In this document: piece after piece, positions 25,914 to 35,895 of the stretch
How positions within the stretch are numbered: the stretch's first letter is position 1
Layout: each line of letters starts with the position of its first letter
Virus record (IMG/VR): IMGVR_UViG_3300037010_001227
Location: 62,001 to 126,000 of that record
Length of the DNA stretch: 64,000 nucleotides
Direction: 5' to 3' (one strand)
Translations under genes and position numbers: made by a program
The notes under the pieces: generated by a model
Told to the model about the DNA's origin: nothing
Seen by the model: the letters and a program-made list of their open reading frames with translations, nothing else
The model's database searches: none

Positions 25914-27314
25914 ATGATAACCCGAGAGACACTTGAATACCTTTCAGTTGGTACATTTTATTCTATTAAAGAATACCTACCAGTTGAACAGAAAAGTCTA
26001 TTACTGGATATTTTATATTTTCTATCAATTAAAACAAAAACTCCACAACTTTGTATTGAAAATGATATTAAGTCAATAGAGATTCTGTTTGAATATTGTA
26101 ATCAAATGAATATTGAACCAGAAAATTATGTTTCTTGTGCATATGACTATATTGGTAAATTTGTAAATAAAGGTCATAAGATTCATGTATCATATTTACT
26201 AAATGAAAAAGTTATTGAGTTTTGTGCAAAGCATATTAAATCATGTTCTAGTGATGCTTTGATTTTTAACCAAATAAGAACAGATATTCTTGTAACTGAA
26301 AAACAAATCAGAAACTATAGTAAAGAGCAAGGTATTTCATATACGGATTCTTTACTATTTTTCTATAGAACTGGAAAAGTATCTGAAATATTTCTACTGT
26401 ATAAAGTCTATATGGGAGTTGAACCATTTGTAGATATTAAATTATCTGAAACTTTAGATAAGATGTTCATTCTTGTGAAACCTATTTTTATTCAAATGAC
26501 TTCACGATATGGATTATATCCAAGTAATAAAATTCAGGAATGGAACAATTCTAAAATTGAATCTTTTAGTTTTTGCCCTATTTACTTTAGAGATGTTTAT
26601 CTGAATGAAGAAATTCCACATAGCTATCTTGGAAATGAATCTACCAGAATTGGAACTAATGTTCACAAGATTTTTGAAGATGTTATTTACAAATATACTA
26701 AAGCAAAAGTAAAAGACTTTGAAGCTATTTATAAAAGACATTTAACCTGTAAAGCATTTTTAGAAGTTGAACACAGTATTATGGAACATAAGAAAGGTTT
26801 AGATGATTTCTTTCTTGGACCTAACAGTATAGTTAAGAAGTATTTTAAACCTGACACACAAATTTTTATTGAAGAAACAATGCATTACACAGATCCTATT
26901 ACTGGTTTAAAGTTTTATGGAACTGCTGACTTGATTCTGATAAATGGCGATGAAGCAATTCTTCTTGACTATAAAACTTCTAAAATCGACGACCAGAAGT
27001 GGATTGATAAAAATAATGAAAAGTATCACAAGCAGTTAAGTTTATATGCAAAATTTATAAAAGAACGTTTTAATGTTTCTTCTGTTAAAGCAGTTATTAT
27101 TTACACGCGTGGTTTAATTCATGAGTTTCCGAGTATAAACGAGTTCATTATAGAAGAACGAGCAGTAGATATTCAAAAGATTAAAAACGCCATGAAAATG
27201 AATAGCTTCAGAAGCAACACAAGCTCATGCACACTTTGTCGCCATCCAAATTGTAAAGATAGAGCAAGAATTTCTATGTGGGATACTAATGGTAATCGTA
27301 AACCAAAAAAGTAG
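25914..27314 (+). CDS. PD-(D/E)XK nuclease, Cas4/RecB-like, with N-terminal extension
   Basis: GTNVHKIFE, GTADLI, LDYKTSK, QLSLYA; Cys at FSFCP plus C-terminal CTLCRHPNC. Confidence 0.85.
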   Translation: MITRETLEYLSVGTFYSIKEYLPVEQKSLLLDILYFLSIKTKTPQLCIENDIKSIEILFEYCNQMNIEPENYVSCAYDYIGKFVNKGHKIHVSYLLNEKVIEFCAKHIKSCSSDALIFNQIRTDILVTEKQIRNYSKEQGISYTDSLLFFYRTGKVSEIFLLYKVYMGVEPFVDIKLSETLDKMFILVKPIFIQMTSRYGLYPSNKIQEWNNSKIESFSFCPIYFRDVYLNEEIPHSYLGNESTRIGTNVHKIFEDVIYKYTKAKVKDFEAIYKRHLTCKAFLEVEHSIMEHKKGLDDFFLGPNSIVKKYFKPDTQIFIEETMHYTDPITGLKFYGTADLILINGDEAILLDYKTSKIDDQKWIDKNNEKYHKQLSLYAKFIKERFNVSSVKAVIIYTRGLIHEFPSINEFIIEERAVDIQKIKNAMKMNSFRSNTSSCTLCRHPNCKDRARISMWDTNGNRKPKK

Positions 27315-27329
27315 CCAGAAGATTTATTG

Positions 27330-27855
27330 TGGTTGTAAACAATTAAAAGACATAATAGAATTTTATGTGGCAAATAACAGAAAGTATAAAGATAAAGTGC
27401 AAGGTCAATGTAAAATGTCAATCCACTAAAGCAAAAGCAGCTAGGAAAGCTAAAAGAAACCTAAAGTAGTTAATAACATAACTTGTATTTGTAGTAAATG
27501 TAAAATAGAAAAACCTATCTCAAACTTTATTAAAGCTAAATCTATGTTGAATGGTCATAGGCCAAAATATAAATCTTGTTATAAAGTAATCAATACTCCT
27601 ATTAGAAGAAATAGATTACTACAGCAAAACTTTGGTATAGACCTAGAGATATATAATCAAATGTTAGAAAGTCAAAATAGTGTTTGTGCTATTTGTGGTG
27701 GTGAAGAAAAACCTTGTTCTGGTTTAGCAGTAGATCACGATCATGCTACTGGAAAAATTAGAGCATTGTTATGTAGCCATTGTAATCTGCAATGGATTCT
27801 ATTGATATACTCAACGCTGCTATATAGTATTTGATAAAGCATGCAGAAAAGTGAA
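27330..27855 (+). pseudogene. decayed endonuclease VII-type HNH homing endonuclease
   Basis: CAICG...LAVDHDHATGKIRALLCSHCN core; N-terminal CSKCKIEKP ribbons broken by stops; C-terminus frameshifted with an internal TAG. Confidence 0.8.
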
Positions 27856-27893
27856 GTAATTAAGTTTTGTTAGCATATATGTAGGAATAATAC

Positions 27894-28412
27894 ATGTCCT
27901 TATTTAGTCCAAAATCAACCATTCGGCAATTAATACAAGAAACTGAAGAGTTCACTGTTACACCTGAAATGGAAATGCCTTCAGATACTGGCGTTGACGT
28001 TGGTGATATTACAACTGATTTAGCTTCCCGACCATCAGCACCTCAACCTGGAAATGGTGCTCCTCAGATTCAAATTAGTTCTATCCCACAACCACAGTCT
28101 AATGTTCCTACTACTATGACAAAGACTGTTTCTAATGCCGAAGCCATTAGAACCCAACTTACACAGTTAAAGAGTGTAATTGTAACTTATGAAAAAGAAT
28201 TCCAAGATAACGATCTTTCTCCAGAAAGTGCTAAAGTTGCAATAGGTGGATTGCTTAACGTAATAATTTATCATGCAAAAGAATTAGAAAAATATCTTAG
28301 TATTGGAGAAGCTTCAGCAGAAGAACCAGTAGCTCCTGATACTGAAGCCTCTCCAATGCCTCCTATGAATGCAGCTCCAGCAAAAGAATCAACTAGCGGA
28401 GATGTTGTTTAA
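27894..28412 (+). CDS. low-complexity hypothetical protein (probable virion protein)
   Basis: ORF track; N-terminal LIQE motif. Confidence 0.75.
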   Translation: MSLFSPKSTIRQLIQETEEFTVTPEMEMPSDTGVDVGDITTDLASRPSAPQPGNGAPQIQISSIPQPQSNVPTTMTKTVSNAEAIRTQLTQLKSVIVTYEKEFQDNDLSPESAKVAIGGLLNVIIYHAKELEKYLSIGEASAEEPVAPDTEASPMPPMNAAPAKESTSGDVV

Positions 28413-28675
28413 TGGCTACTTTAACTACAAAATTTGGTATTGGCGATACTCTTTATCTGTTCGATTCTGAGACTGGTATAATTTCCAGAGATGTAGTTTA
28501 TGGTATTGCTGTTTTCTCTAAGACTTTAGATTGTCAACCAGAGATTCAATATATTCTTAGGACTCATGGAAAGATTTCTGAACAAGATACATTTACAGAT
28601 GTAGAAGTAAAAGATTTAGGTAATGCTTGGCTGGCTGAACGTTCAGTAGCTATGTTCTCTTCTGTAGGAATTTAA
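28412..28675 (+). CDS. hypothetical protein (KF..G..Y SH3-like start)
   Basis: ORF track; resembles the next ORF. Confidence 0.7.
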   Translation: MATLTTKFGIGDTLYLFDSETGIISRDVVYGIAVFSKTLDCQPEIQYILRTHGKISEQDTFTDVEVKDLGNAWLAERSVAMFSSVGI

Positions 28676-28962
28676 TGTCTGCTCCAGTTCCTAAGTTTCT
28701 CGAGGGCCAGCGTGCTTATTATGTATTATTTTCTACAGTAGAAATAGTGCCAGTAGAGATTATTACTACTCACTTTTATTCACATAATAGTGCAGAGCCT
28801 GTGTCCTATAAAGTTCAATTTGTTAATAGACTAAAACCAACGTTTGTTGATTTTGTTGAAGAATCTAAACTTCTAACCTTTTCGCAAGCTAAACTATATT
28901 TACTTTCTTGGTTAGAAACTCAAAGAGTAAGAATTACCAACCTAACAGAACCTACAATATAA
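28675..28962 (+). CDS. hypothetical protein, likely paralog of the preceding ORF
   Basis: KFLEGQRAYY versus KFGIGDTLY; similar size. Confidence 0.7.
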   Translation: MSAPVPKFLEGQRAYYVLFSTVEIVPVEIITTHFYSHNSAEPVSYKVQFVNRLKPTFVDFVEESKLLTFSQAKLYLLSWLETQRVRITNLTEPTI

Positions 28963-29642
28963 TGGCTACTTTTAAAAAGAAACATCGCATTGGCTCGGAC
29001 TCAAGTATCTTTGAGTCCTTTTCCGCGTTATCTAAAAAAGATGTATCAAATGGAAATATCGCTGGAGTAGAAAGTCCCTATTCAGCTAGTCATAAACAGA
29101 GTGTGAGTTTAGCTCTTTTAAATGCTGATGAACAAGCAACAGAATTATCAAGTGACATAGTAAAATTACATAATAAACTTGAGGAATACATTAAGTTAGG
29201 CTCTGTAAAATATTTTGAAGGGTTTAACAGATTTTCAATGTTATTACTTCAGGCGTTAAAGATAAATGATGTTCTTTCTGGTGATGATTTAGTTTTAAAG
29301 AAATTAGCAGATATTGTTACTTATTCATATCTAAGAAAAAATAAAGGTAAGTTTAAAATTTACACCGACTTTGATGAAGCTAAATCAGTTACCATGCTGG
29401 TATTTGAAGCTGCACAAAAATTAGGATTGACTTTTTTGACTTCTGATATTGAAGACCTCCTTCAAAAAATTGTCTTTTCTGTTCTCTATAAACCAAAGGA
29501 TGAGGATAAAAAAGATAAGAAATCAGAGACTCAGAAAGGTGACAAAAAAGAACCTTTACCAAATCCCACATCAGACGATAAACTTGAAGAGAAACCTGGA
29601 GAGGTAATTCCTAATGACCCCAACAAGCTTGATACTAAGTAA
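28962..29642 (+). CDS. hypothetical protein
   Basis: Start moved to the coupled ATG at 28962. Confidence 0.75.
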   Translation: MATFKKKHRIGSDSSIFESFSALSKKDVSNGNIAGVESPYSASHKQSVSLALLNADEQATELSSDIVKLHNKLEEYIKLGSVKYFEGFNRFSMLLLQALKINDVLSGDDLVLKKLADIVTYSYLRKNKGKFKIYTDFDEAKSVTMLVFEAAQKLGLTFLTSDIEDLLQKIVFSVLYKPKDEDKKDKKSETQKGDKKEPLPNPTSDDKLEEKPGEVIPNDPNKLDTK

Positions 29643-30312
29643 ACCAATACAGATTGTTATTTCAGTAGTTATAGCTGCAGCTCTTGCGGCTTTTACGGTT
29701 TCTTATGTTAAAGACCAGAGTTGGAAGAGGACTGTTGAAAGTAAAACACAACAAATTCAACTTTTAGAAGAGTCTGTTGCTAAGAAAAATATGGAAATTG
29801 CTGCATTAAATATAAAGATTGGTGAAGCGACTATTGCTACAGCTGAAGCTACCAAAATTGCTAAGAATGCTCAGGCTAATACAAATGAGCTACTTAAAAA
29901 ATGGAAAGAACTACAAGCGCAATTACACCCAAATATTCCACCTGATTCACTGCCATCTATTCCACCAGTAGAAAGTGATTATACACCTATCGCTAATATA
30001 ACTACTTTAACTGACTGCACAAAGACTTTAGAAGCAGAGAGAAAACAATGCACTGAAGAAAAGACTGTATTAGTTGAAGAGATTGTTGCGGATAGAAATC
30101 TTATCACAACAGTTACAACAGAGAAAGACTTGATCTCTCAAAAAGCTGATATTCTTACTACTGAAGTAACTGGCTTAAAAGAAATTAAAACAGAGCAGGA
30201 AGTTATTATTGATACCCAAGGTAAACAAATAAAATCTGAAGTTCGAAGAAAGAAGATTTATAGAGGCGCGTCTGGCATCTTGGCCCTGATAGTCACTGTT
30301 TTATTACTTTAG
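29614..30312 (+). CDS. membrane-anchored coiled-coil protein (spanin-like architecture)
   Basis: N-terminal TM, two coiled coils around a Pro-rich hinge, C-terminal hydrophobic tail. Confidence 0.55.
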   Translation: MTPTSLILSKPIQIVISVVIAAALAAFTVSYVKDQSWKRTVESKTQQIQLLEESVAKKNMEIAALNIKIGEATIATAEATKIAKNAQANTNELLKKWKELQAQLHPNIPPDSLPSIPPVESDYTPIANITTLTDCTKTLEAERKQCTEEKTVLVEEIVADRNLITTVTTEKDLISQKADILTTEVTGLKEIKTEQEVIIDTQGKQIKSEVRRKKIYRGASGILALIVTVLLL

Positions 30313-30356
30313 TAAAATTAAAAACGTTCGATATATAAGGTGAGGATACAAAAAAT

Positions 30357-30587
30357 ATGGAAGAAAATCACGTAAACACTCTACTACTTAGCGATGAAGA
30401 ACTCAAGGCTCTAAGCGATGCAATTCGAGCTAGTAAAGTTACCGCCACTACAGAAGAGATCATTCTTGTGAAGATGGGTAAATCAGCTGCTCCACTTCTT
30501 GATGTTACCTTTAAGGTAGTTTCTGCTTGGGAAGCTCGATATCAGGAACTCCAGGCTTCCGTAGCAGCTTCTAAAGCAGAAGCTTAA
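30357..30587 (+). CDS. hypothetical protein
   Basis: SD GAGGA; ORF track. Confidence 0.7.
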   Translation: MEENHVNTLLLSDEELKALSDAIRASKVTATTEEIILVKMGKSAAPLLDVTFKVVSAWEARYQELQASVAASKAEA

Positions 30588-30628
30588 TTTGTAAGTGAAT
30601 TAAGTTAATATCATTTATAGGAATTCAT

Positions 30629-30775
30629 ATGGATAAGATTAAGCCAGTAACCACTGCACCCGCCACAGGAAAAGGAAAGATTTTTTCCACTCCCAAGACT
30701 CAAGCAGGTATCACTAATGCTAAGAGTCATAAGAACGGTAGAGTAACCACCAGCGGTATGAGCGGAAGCAAGTAA
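30629..30775 (+). CDS. 48-aa basic peptide (MDKIKPVTTAPATGKGK...)
   Basis: Hand translation; AGGA SD; followed by a terminator. Confidence 0.6.
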   Translation: MDKIKPVTTAPATGKGKIFSTPKTQAGITNAKSHKNGRVTTSGMSGSK

Positions 30776-30794
30776 ACCAGTTAAATAGCGACAG

Positions 30795-30824
30795 AAGTGG
30801 CACCTGAGTGGTGCCACTTTTTTT
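30795..30824 (+). terminator. intrinsic terminator
   Basis: AAGTGGCACC/GGTGCCACTT stem plus T run. Confidence 0.85.
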
Positions 30825-30896
30825 GTCTATTTTCCTATATGTAGTGCGGGTTTCGGACGATATACCTTTACGACGTTTTTTATGAGGCATCAAGGA

Positions 30897-33800
30897 ATGA
30901 CATTTCAAACACTACAGCAGCAATACTTAGAAGCTAAAGGCAAAACATTAGAGACTGCATCGGAGGCTATGATAAGCGATGCAACTGCGTATGCTTCTTG
31001 TTATGATTGGTATATTACTAAGCAGTTAGTATCAGATAGTACCGCAGATTTGGCCTCTAAAGTATGGGTTAATAAGTATGCTCTGCATGATAAGAATGGT
31101 ATTTGCAGAGAGCGAACACTAGAAGATACTTGGAAGCGTATTGCTAAAACTCTGGCCGAAGTAGAAGTAGCCAACAGTGGTGATTCCGCTAATGAGTTTT
31201 CTAAATGGAATGATATTTTCTTAGACGCTCTTCAGGATTTTAAGTATGCTCCGGGTGGTAGTGGACTATACAGTATTGGAAACCCGTATACCTGTTCCAG
31301 CGTTTCTAACTGCTTCGTAATGAATCCTCCACAGGATAATCTTGAGTCTATCTTTGATGTTGCTAAAAGTATGGCAAGAGTTTACGCTAACCGTGGGGGC
31401 TGTGGTGTAGATATTTCTAATCTACGCCCCTGTAATGCTCCTACAAATAACGCTGCAAAGTCTTCTACTGGCGCTGCTAGTTTTATGGACTTCTATAGTT
31501 ATGTTACAGGAAAGATTGGTCAAGAAGGCAGACGTGGTGCCCTTCTGATGTCAATGCGTATTGACCATCCTGATATTTTTAAGTTCATTAAAATGAAACG
31601 TGACGAAGACAAGCAATGGTTTATTACTGAACTTGAAGAGGCTGGAATTGATCTTAAAGATTATAAATATTCAGCTATTGCTGATAGACTCAAGTCTTGC
31701 TCACAGTCAAACGTATCTGTAAAAATTACAGATAAGTTCATTTCTGCATTAGAAAAAGATGAGATGTTTGAACTTTGGTTTGAATATGATAATGGCTACC
31801 CAAGATACTCTGAATTTGTGAGAGCAAAAGATATTTGGGATGCTCTTATTGAAGGTGCTTGGGCTTCTGCTGAACCAGGAATGTTTAACTGGGATCATAT
31901 CCTACGAGAGTCTACTTCTGGAAAATACGATGGAGTAATATATAAAGGTAAGAAAGTTCAGGGTAAAGAAATTACAAGTAATCCTTGTCAACCGGGGTTT
32001 GCTACTGTTCTTACTCCAAATGGGATCAGAACCTTCGATGACATCACTGTTGGCTCTACAATTTGGTCTGGTAACCAATGGACAAGAGTTGTAAATAAAG
32101 TAGCAACTGGGATTAAAAAAGTTTTTCGTTATACCACTAATGCTGGTGAGTTCATCGGCACAGAAAACCATCGTGTTGTAAGTAATGGTACTAAAGTTGA
32201 AGTTGGAAAAACTGATAGTATTGATATTTGTATTGGTAACCCTTCTTTTCTACGGTTGGATATTGAAGGGTGTAGAATGGCTGAAAATAGTCAAACTATT
32301 ATGGATGGTTGGGTAATTGGAGATGGTTCTGTTCATACTGCAAGTAACAATTTAGTTTTTATCTGTGTTGGAGAAAATGATTACGACATTCATACAGCAT
32401 TACCAGAGTATCTGATAAAAGCTCGCCCTGACATTAAAGAGACCGCTTGGGAAGTTAACACTACTATTACAGCAGATGAGCTTTCTCTTACTTATAGTAG
32501 AAGAGTTCCAAGTAGATTTAAATTTGGTAGTTTTGATACTGTTGCAGATTTTCTTTGCGGATTATACTCGGCTAACGGATCTATTACTGAAAATAGAGTA
32601 ACGTTAAAGTCAGCTTCTGTTGGATTAATTAAAGATGTTCAAGAGATGCTTTCTTCGTTAGGTATTTCTTCTTACGTTACTATAAATAAGGAAAAAGAAG
32701 TAGAATTTTCTGAAGGTTCTTATACCTACAAAGAACCTTATGTTTTAAACATCGGTGACATAGTTAATAAAACTAAATTTTGTAAGCTTATAGGATTTAA
32801 GCAAGACTATAAACTTGATAACTTAATCAACGTTATTAAGGATGAGTCTCATGGTGGAAAAACTACATATGATATCACCACTATTACTGAAGTAGGAGAC
32901 TTAGAAGTATTTGATATTACCGTAGATGCAGATGAGCATACCTATTGGACTGGCGGACTTTTAGTGTCAAACTGTGGCGAAATTGTAATGCCTCCAGATA
33001 GTTGCAACCTTGGTCAGATGTATCTTCCTGCTTTCGTAGAATATCCTTATACCCCAGAGGCATATTTTAACCGGGAGAAATACGAGAAGTACGCTGCTAT
33101 TGCAGTTAGAATGCAAGACAATATTAAACAACTTGATATTGATTCTGGTCTACTGCTTCCTGAACATCAGTTATCTGCTGAAGCTTTTAGACGTTTAGGA
33201 CTGGGTAATACTGGTTATGGTGATATGTTTGCAATGCTAGGAATCAAATATGGTTCTGATGAATCTATTGCTTGTGCTGAAAACATTGCAGAAATTTATA
33301 AAGAGGTTGTCTATAATGCTTCTGTAGATCTAGCAATTGATAAAGGTTCTTTCCCTGTTTTTGATTGGGATCGTCATAAGCAAAGTCCGTTCATTCAGAG
33401 ACTGAAACCAGAAACTCAGCAGCGTATTGCATCTTTTGGTATTAGAAATATTGCACTACTAACACAAGCTCCTAATGGAACTGGTTCTATTCTTTGCAGA
33501 AACACTACTTCTGGTCTTGAACCAATGTTCTTTGCTGAATCAAATAGAAATGTTAAGAATCCTGACGGTTCAATTACTCGTTATACTGTTTACCATCAGG
33601 GAATTGAAGATTGCAAACGTGCTGGTGGCGATCCTTCTGTTTATGTTGCTGCTCATGATGTTTCTTATGAGAAGAAGATTGAACTTCAGGCAGCAATGCA
33701 GAAGCACATTGATCACTCAATCAGCGTTACAGCTAATCTTCCAGCAGAAATCAGTAAAGAAGAAATTGGAAGTCTTTATCTAAAAGCTTTTAAACTTGGT

Positions 33801-34445
33801 TGTAAAGGTTTCACAGTGTATCGTGAAGGTTCAAGAGGAAGTGTTTTATCTGCTTTAGATGAAAAGAAAGTTGTAAAGCGGTTACTCGATAAACCACTTG
33901 AACGTCCTAAGACAACTGAAGTTGATATTCATAAGGTAAAATATAAGGATAAGCCTTGGTCAGTTCTTGTTGGAAGTCTTGATGGGATTCCAATTGAAGT
34001 ATTTGCTGGTATTGAAGAAGACACTCCGCTCCCAAATAAATACCATAAGGCCGAACTGACTAAGAAGTCTAAAGGTCATTATTCCCTAACTGTTTATCTT
34101 TCTGCTGATTCACAAGAAGATGTTATTAAGATAAACAATATTGGCGCAAGATTCCCATCACCGGAAGGTTTAGTTCTTACACGGTTCATTTCATTATTAC
34201 TTCGTAATCGTGTTCCAATTTCTGATATTGTTGAGCAGCTTCAGAAATCAGCAAGTTCTATGTTTGATTACCCAGCTGTTCTAGCAAGAGTTCTTAAGCA
34301 GTATGCTTCGGATGAAGAGTTAGCTGCTAAAATTAAAGGAACACCATGTCCTGACTGTGGTAAAGAACTTAAAATAAAACGAGAGAGTGGTTGCTCTGTA
34401 GTATATTGTGAAAATTGTAATTACGTAGATAGTAAGTGTGGTTAA
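30897..34445 (+). CDS. nrdJ: class II (B12-dependent) ribonucleotide reductase with intein
   Basis: SNCF, NPC(intein)GE, APNGTGS, TTSGLEP, QKHIDHSISVT, YREGSR; C-terminal Zn ribbon; start at 30897 after AAGGA. Confidence 0.95.
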   Translation: MTFQTLQQQYLEAKGKTLETASEAMISDATAYASCYDWYITKQLVSDSTADLASKVWVNKYALHDKNGICRERTLEDTWKRIAKTLAEVEVANSGDSANEFSKWNDIFLDALQDFKYAPGGSGLYSIGNPYTCSSVSNCFVMNPPQDNLESIFDVAKSMARVYANRGGCGVDISNLRPCNAPTNNAAKSSTGAASFMDFYSYVTGKIGQEGRRGALLMSMRIDHPDIFKFIKMKRDEDKQWFITELEEAGIDLKDYKYSAIADRLKSCSQSNVSVKITDKFISALEKDEMFELWFEYDNGYPRYSEFVRAKDIWDALIEGAWASAEPGMFNWDHILRESTSGKYDGVIYKGKKVQGKEITSNPCQPGFATVLTPNGIRTFDDITVGSTIWSGNQWTRVVNKVATGIKKVFRYTTNAGEFIGTENHRVVSNGTKVEVGKTDSIDICIGNPSFLRLDIEGCRMAENSQTIMDGWVIGDGSVHTASNNLVFICVGENDYDIHTALPEYLIKARPDIKETAWEVNTTITADELSLTYSRRVPSRFKFGSFDTVADFLCGLYSANGSITENRVTLKSASVGLIKDVQEMLSSLGISSYVTINKEKEVEFSEGSYTYKEPYVLNIGDIVNKTKFCKLIGFKQDYKLDNLINVIKDESHGGKTTYDITTITEVGDLEVFDITVDADEHTYWTGGLLVSNCGEIVMPPDSCNLGQMYLPAFVEYPYTPEAYFNREKYEKYAAIAVRMQDNIKQLDIDSGLLLPEHQLSAEAFRRLGLGNTGYGDMFAMLGIKYGSDESIACAENIAEIYKEVVYNASVDLAIDKGSFPVFDWDRHKQSPFIQRLKPETQQRIASFGIRNIALLTQAPNGTGSILCRNTTSGLEPMFFAESNRNVKNPDGSITRYTVYHQGIEDCKRAGGDPSVYVAAHDVSYEKKIELQAAMQKHIDHSISVTANLPAEISKEEIGSLYLKAFKLGCKGFTVYREGSRGSVLSALDEKKVVKRLLDKPLERPKTTEVDIHKVKYKDKPWSVLVGSLDGIPIEVFAGIEEDTPLPNKYHKAELTKKSKGHYSLTVYLSADSQEDVIKINNIGARFPSPEGLVLTRFISLLLRNRVPISDIVEQLQKSASSMFDYPAVLARVLKQYASDEELAAKIKGTPCPDCGKELKIKRESGCSVVYCENCNYVDSKCG
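31986..32972 (+). mobile_element. 329-aa intein with LAGLIDADG homing endonuclease, inserted at the RNR catalytic Cys
   Basis: Begins CQPGFATVLT after NP; GTENHRV block B; GWVIGDG and GLYSANG LAGLIDADG-like motifs; ends LLVSN before CGE. Confidence 0.93.
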
Positions 34446-34455
34446 GGAGAACCAA

Positions 34456-34728
34456 ATGAATTTTAGTGATGCTCTTATTAGTGTAAAAGCAGGTAATCGT
34501 ATTGCTCGTAAAACTTGGAATGGTAAAAATATGTTTATTGTTTACCAGCCGGGATATCCAAAAGGAATTAGTATTAATGAAAATACTCAAAAAGCTTTTA
34601 ATCTTCCAGCTGGATCTATTTTAGCATTCAAACCTTACTTAACAATGTATACCGCTCAAGGTGATTGTGTCCCTTGGGTTGCGTCACAAAGTGATTTGTT
34701 AGAAGATGATTGGTATATTTTAGAATAA
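34456..34728 (+). CDS. tad2: DUF2829 protein, Tad2-like (Thoeris anti-defence sponge family)
   Basis: MNFSDAL..VKAG.RIARKTWNGKNM...PYL...PW.ASQSDLLEDDW signature; SD AAGGAG. Confidence 0.8.
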   Translation: MNFSDALISVKAGNRIARKTWNGKNMFIVYQPGYPKGISINENTQKAFNLPAGSILAFKPYLTMYTAQGDCVPWVASQSDLLEDDWYILE

Positions 34729-34734
34729 ATAATT

Positions 34735-34757
34735 AAGCCCTCGAAAGAGGGCTTTTT
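34735..34757 (+). terminator. intrinsic terminator
   Basis: AAGCCCTC-GAAA-GAGGGCTT plus T run. Confidence 0.85.
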
Positions 34758-34876
34758 GCAGCTACCAATAGATTATAACTATTTTGATTTCTAGTTGTTT
34801 AAGATAGTAATCTGACCTGGAGATAACCTGCTAAAAACCTCGTACGCCGTAGGATCCCAGTTATCTGTACCTTGAT

Positions 34877-35281
34877 TTATTCTTCAGTCTCATCAATTAC
34901 AACTTCCTCTTCTGGTTCTTGAAGGGCCGTTGTAGTAGATGCTTGAATGTCTAGTTTAATACCATGTTTCTCGGCTTCAGCAACTAAATCTTTAATAGCA
35001 GCTTTAAGAGCTTTATATTTAGCATTTGCTGGTTTTTTAGCGGATTTGATATTATGAAGTTTACTGATATGATGACCTAACACACCAAAAACTCTTCCTA
35101 CTTCTCGTTGAACATCGTCGTAATCAGACTTAGTAGATGGTGAGAAAGTATCTTCTGGAGTAATGGATGCTTCTGGTGCTGGACCTGAAGAAGGAATTGG
35201 AAACAAAGTAAATTCTTCTTCTACAGCATCATATTGCTGCTCTAGAAACCTATCGAGTTTATTGTTGTGTAGTTGCGCCAT
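34877..35281 (-). CDS. hypothetical protein
   Basis: ORF track; acidic tail. Confidence 0.7.
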   Translation of the reverse strand: MAQLHNNKLDRFLEQQYDAVEEEFTLFPIPSSGPAPEASITPEDTFSPSTKSDYDDVQREVGRVFGVLGHHISKLHNIKSAKKPANAKYKALKAAIKDLVAEAEKHGIKLDIQASTTTALQEPEEEVVIDETEE

Positions 35282-35283
35282 AG

Positions 35284-35463
35284 TTATTTATGTTTCTCTA
35301 TAAAAGCTTCAATCTCTGATTTGGAGATAATTGCTTTTGAGGACTGCACTTTTTCTACTAACTCATTTATGATGAGTGTAGCCTTTGCATTGTTCTTTCT
35401 GAACACTAATGCGATACCGATTCCACCAATGACCAGACCTAAGATAAGTCCAAATAAAAACAT
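35284..35463 (-). CDS. 59-aa single-TM protein (MFLFGLILGLVIGGIGIALVF...)
   Basis: Hand translation; SD AAGGAG. Confidence 0.7.
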   Translation of the reverse strand: MFLFGLILGLVIGGIGIALVFRKNNAKATLIINELVEKVQSSKAIISKSEIEAFIEKHK

Positions 35464-35496
35464 TTCTTCTCCTTATTAATTTATTGCTTTATTAAT

Positions 35497-35835
35497 TTAT
35501 TTCTTTAGTTCAGCGGCTTCTTCATTCTTTAGTTTAGCTGAGTCAATTTCAAGAGCTCGGATTTCTTCCTCTAATTTTTCTAGAGATTCTAAAACAAGTC
35601 TTGCTAATTTTAAATTGCCAGTTTCTAAATGGCTTTTAACTGCATTAAGTCCAGCAGTCAATTCACCTTTTACTCGTTCAAGTTGCTGTGAAATATGACC
35701 TAGCTTAACTTCATGCTCATGATTTGGAGCTACTTTTACTTCTTTGGTCATAGGAATAGAAGCTCCAGTTTCAGAACCTAATGGATTTGAAAATCCATCC
35801 AATTCCTCAATAATTGTATCAATAAATCGTTTCAT
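35497..35835 (-). CDS. coiled-coil hypothetical protein (MKRFIDTIIEE...)
   Basis: Start moved to the internal ATG at 35835. Confidence 0.7.
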   Translation of the reverse strand: MKRFIDTIIEELDGFSNPLGSETGASIPMTKEVKVAPNHEHEVKLGHISQQLERVKGELTAGLNAVKSHLETGNLKLARLVLESLEKLEEEIRALEIDSAKLKNEEAAELKK

Positions 35836-35895
35836 TAGTGCCACCAAAAAAAAAAGTATCTTCAAAAACTTAATTACCAAGTTTAAATTAAGTTT

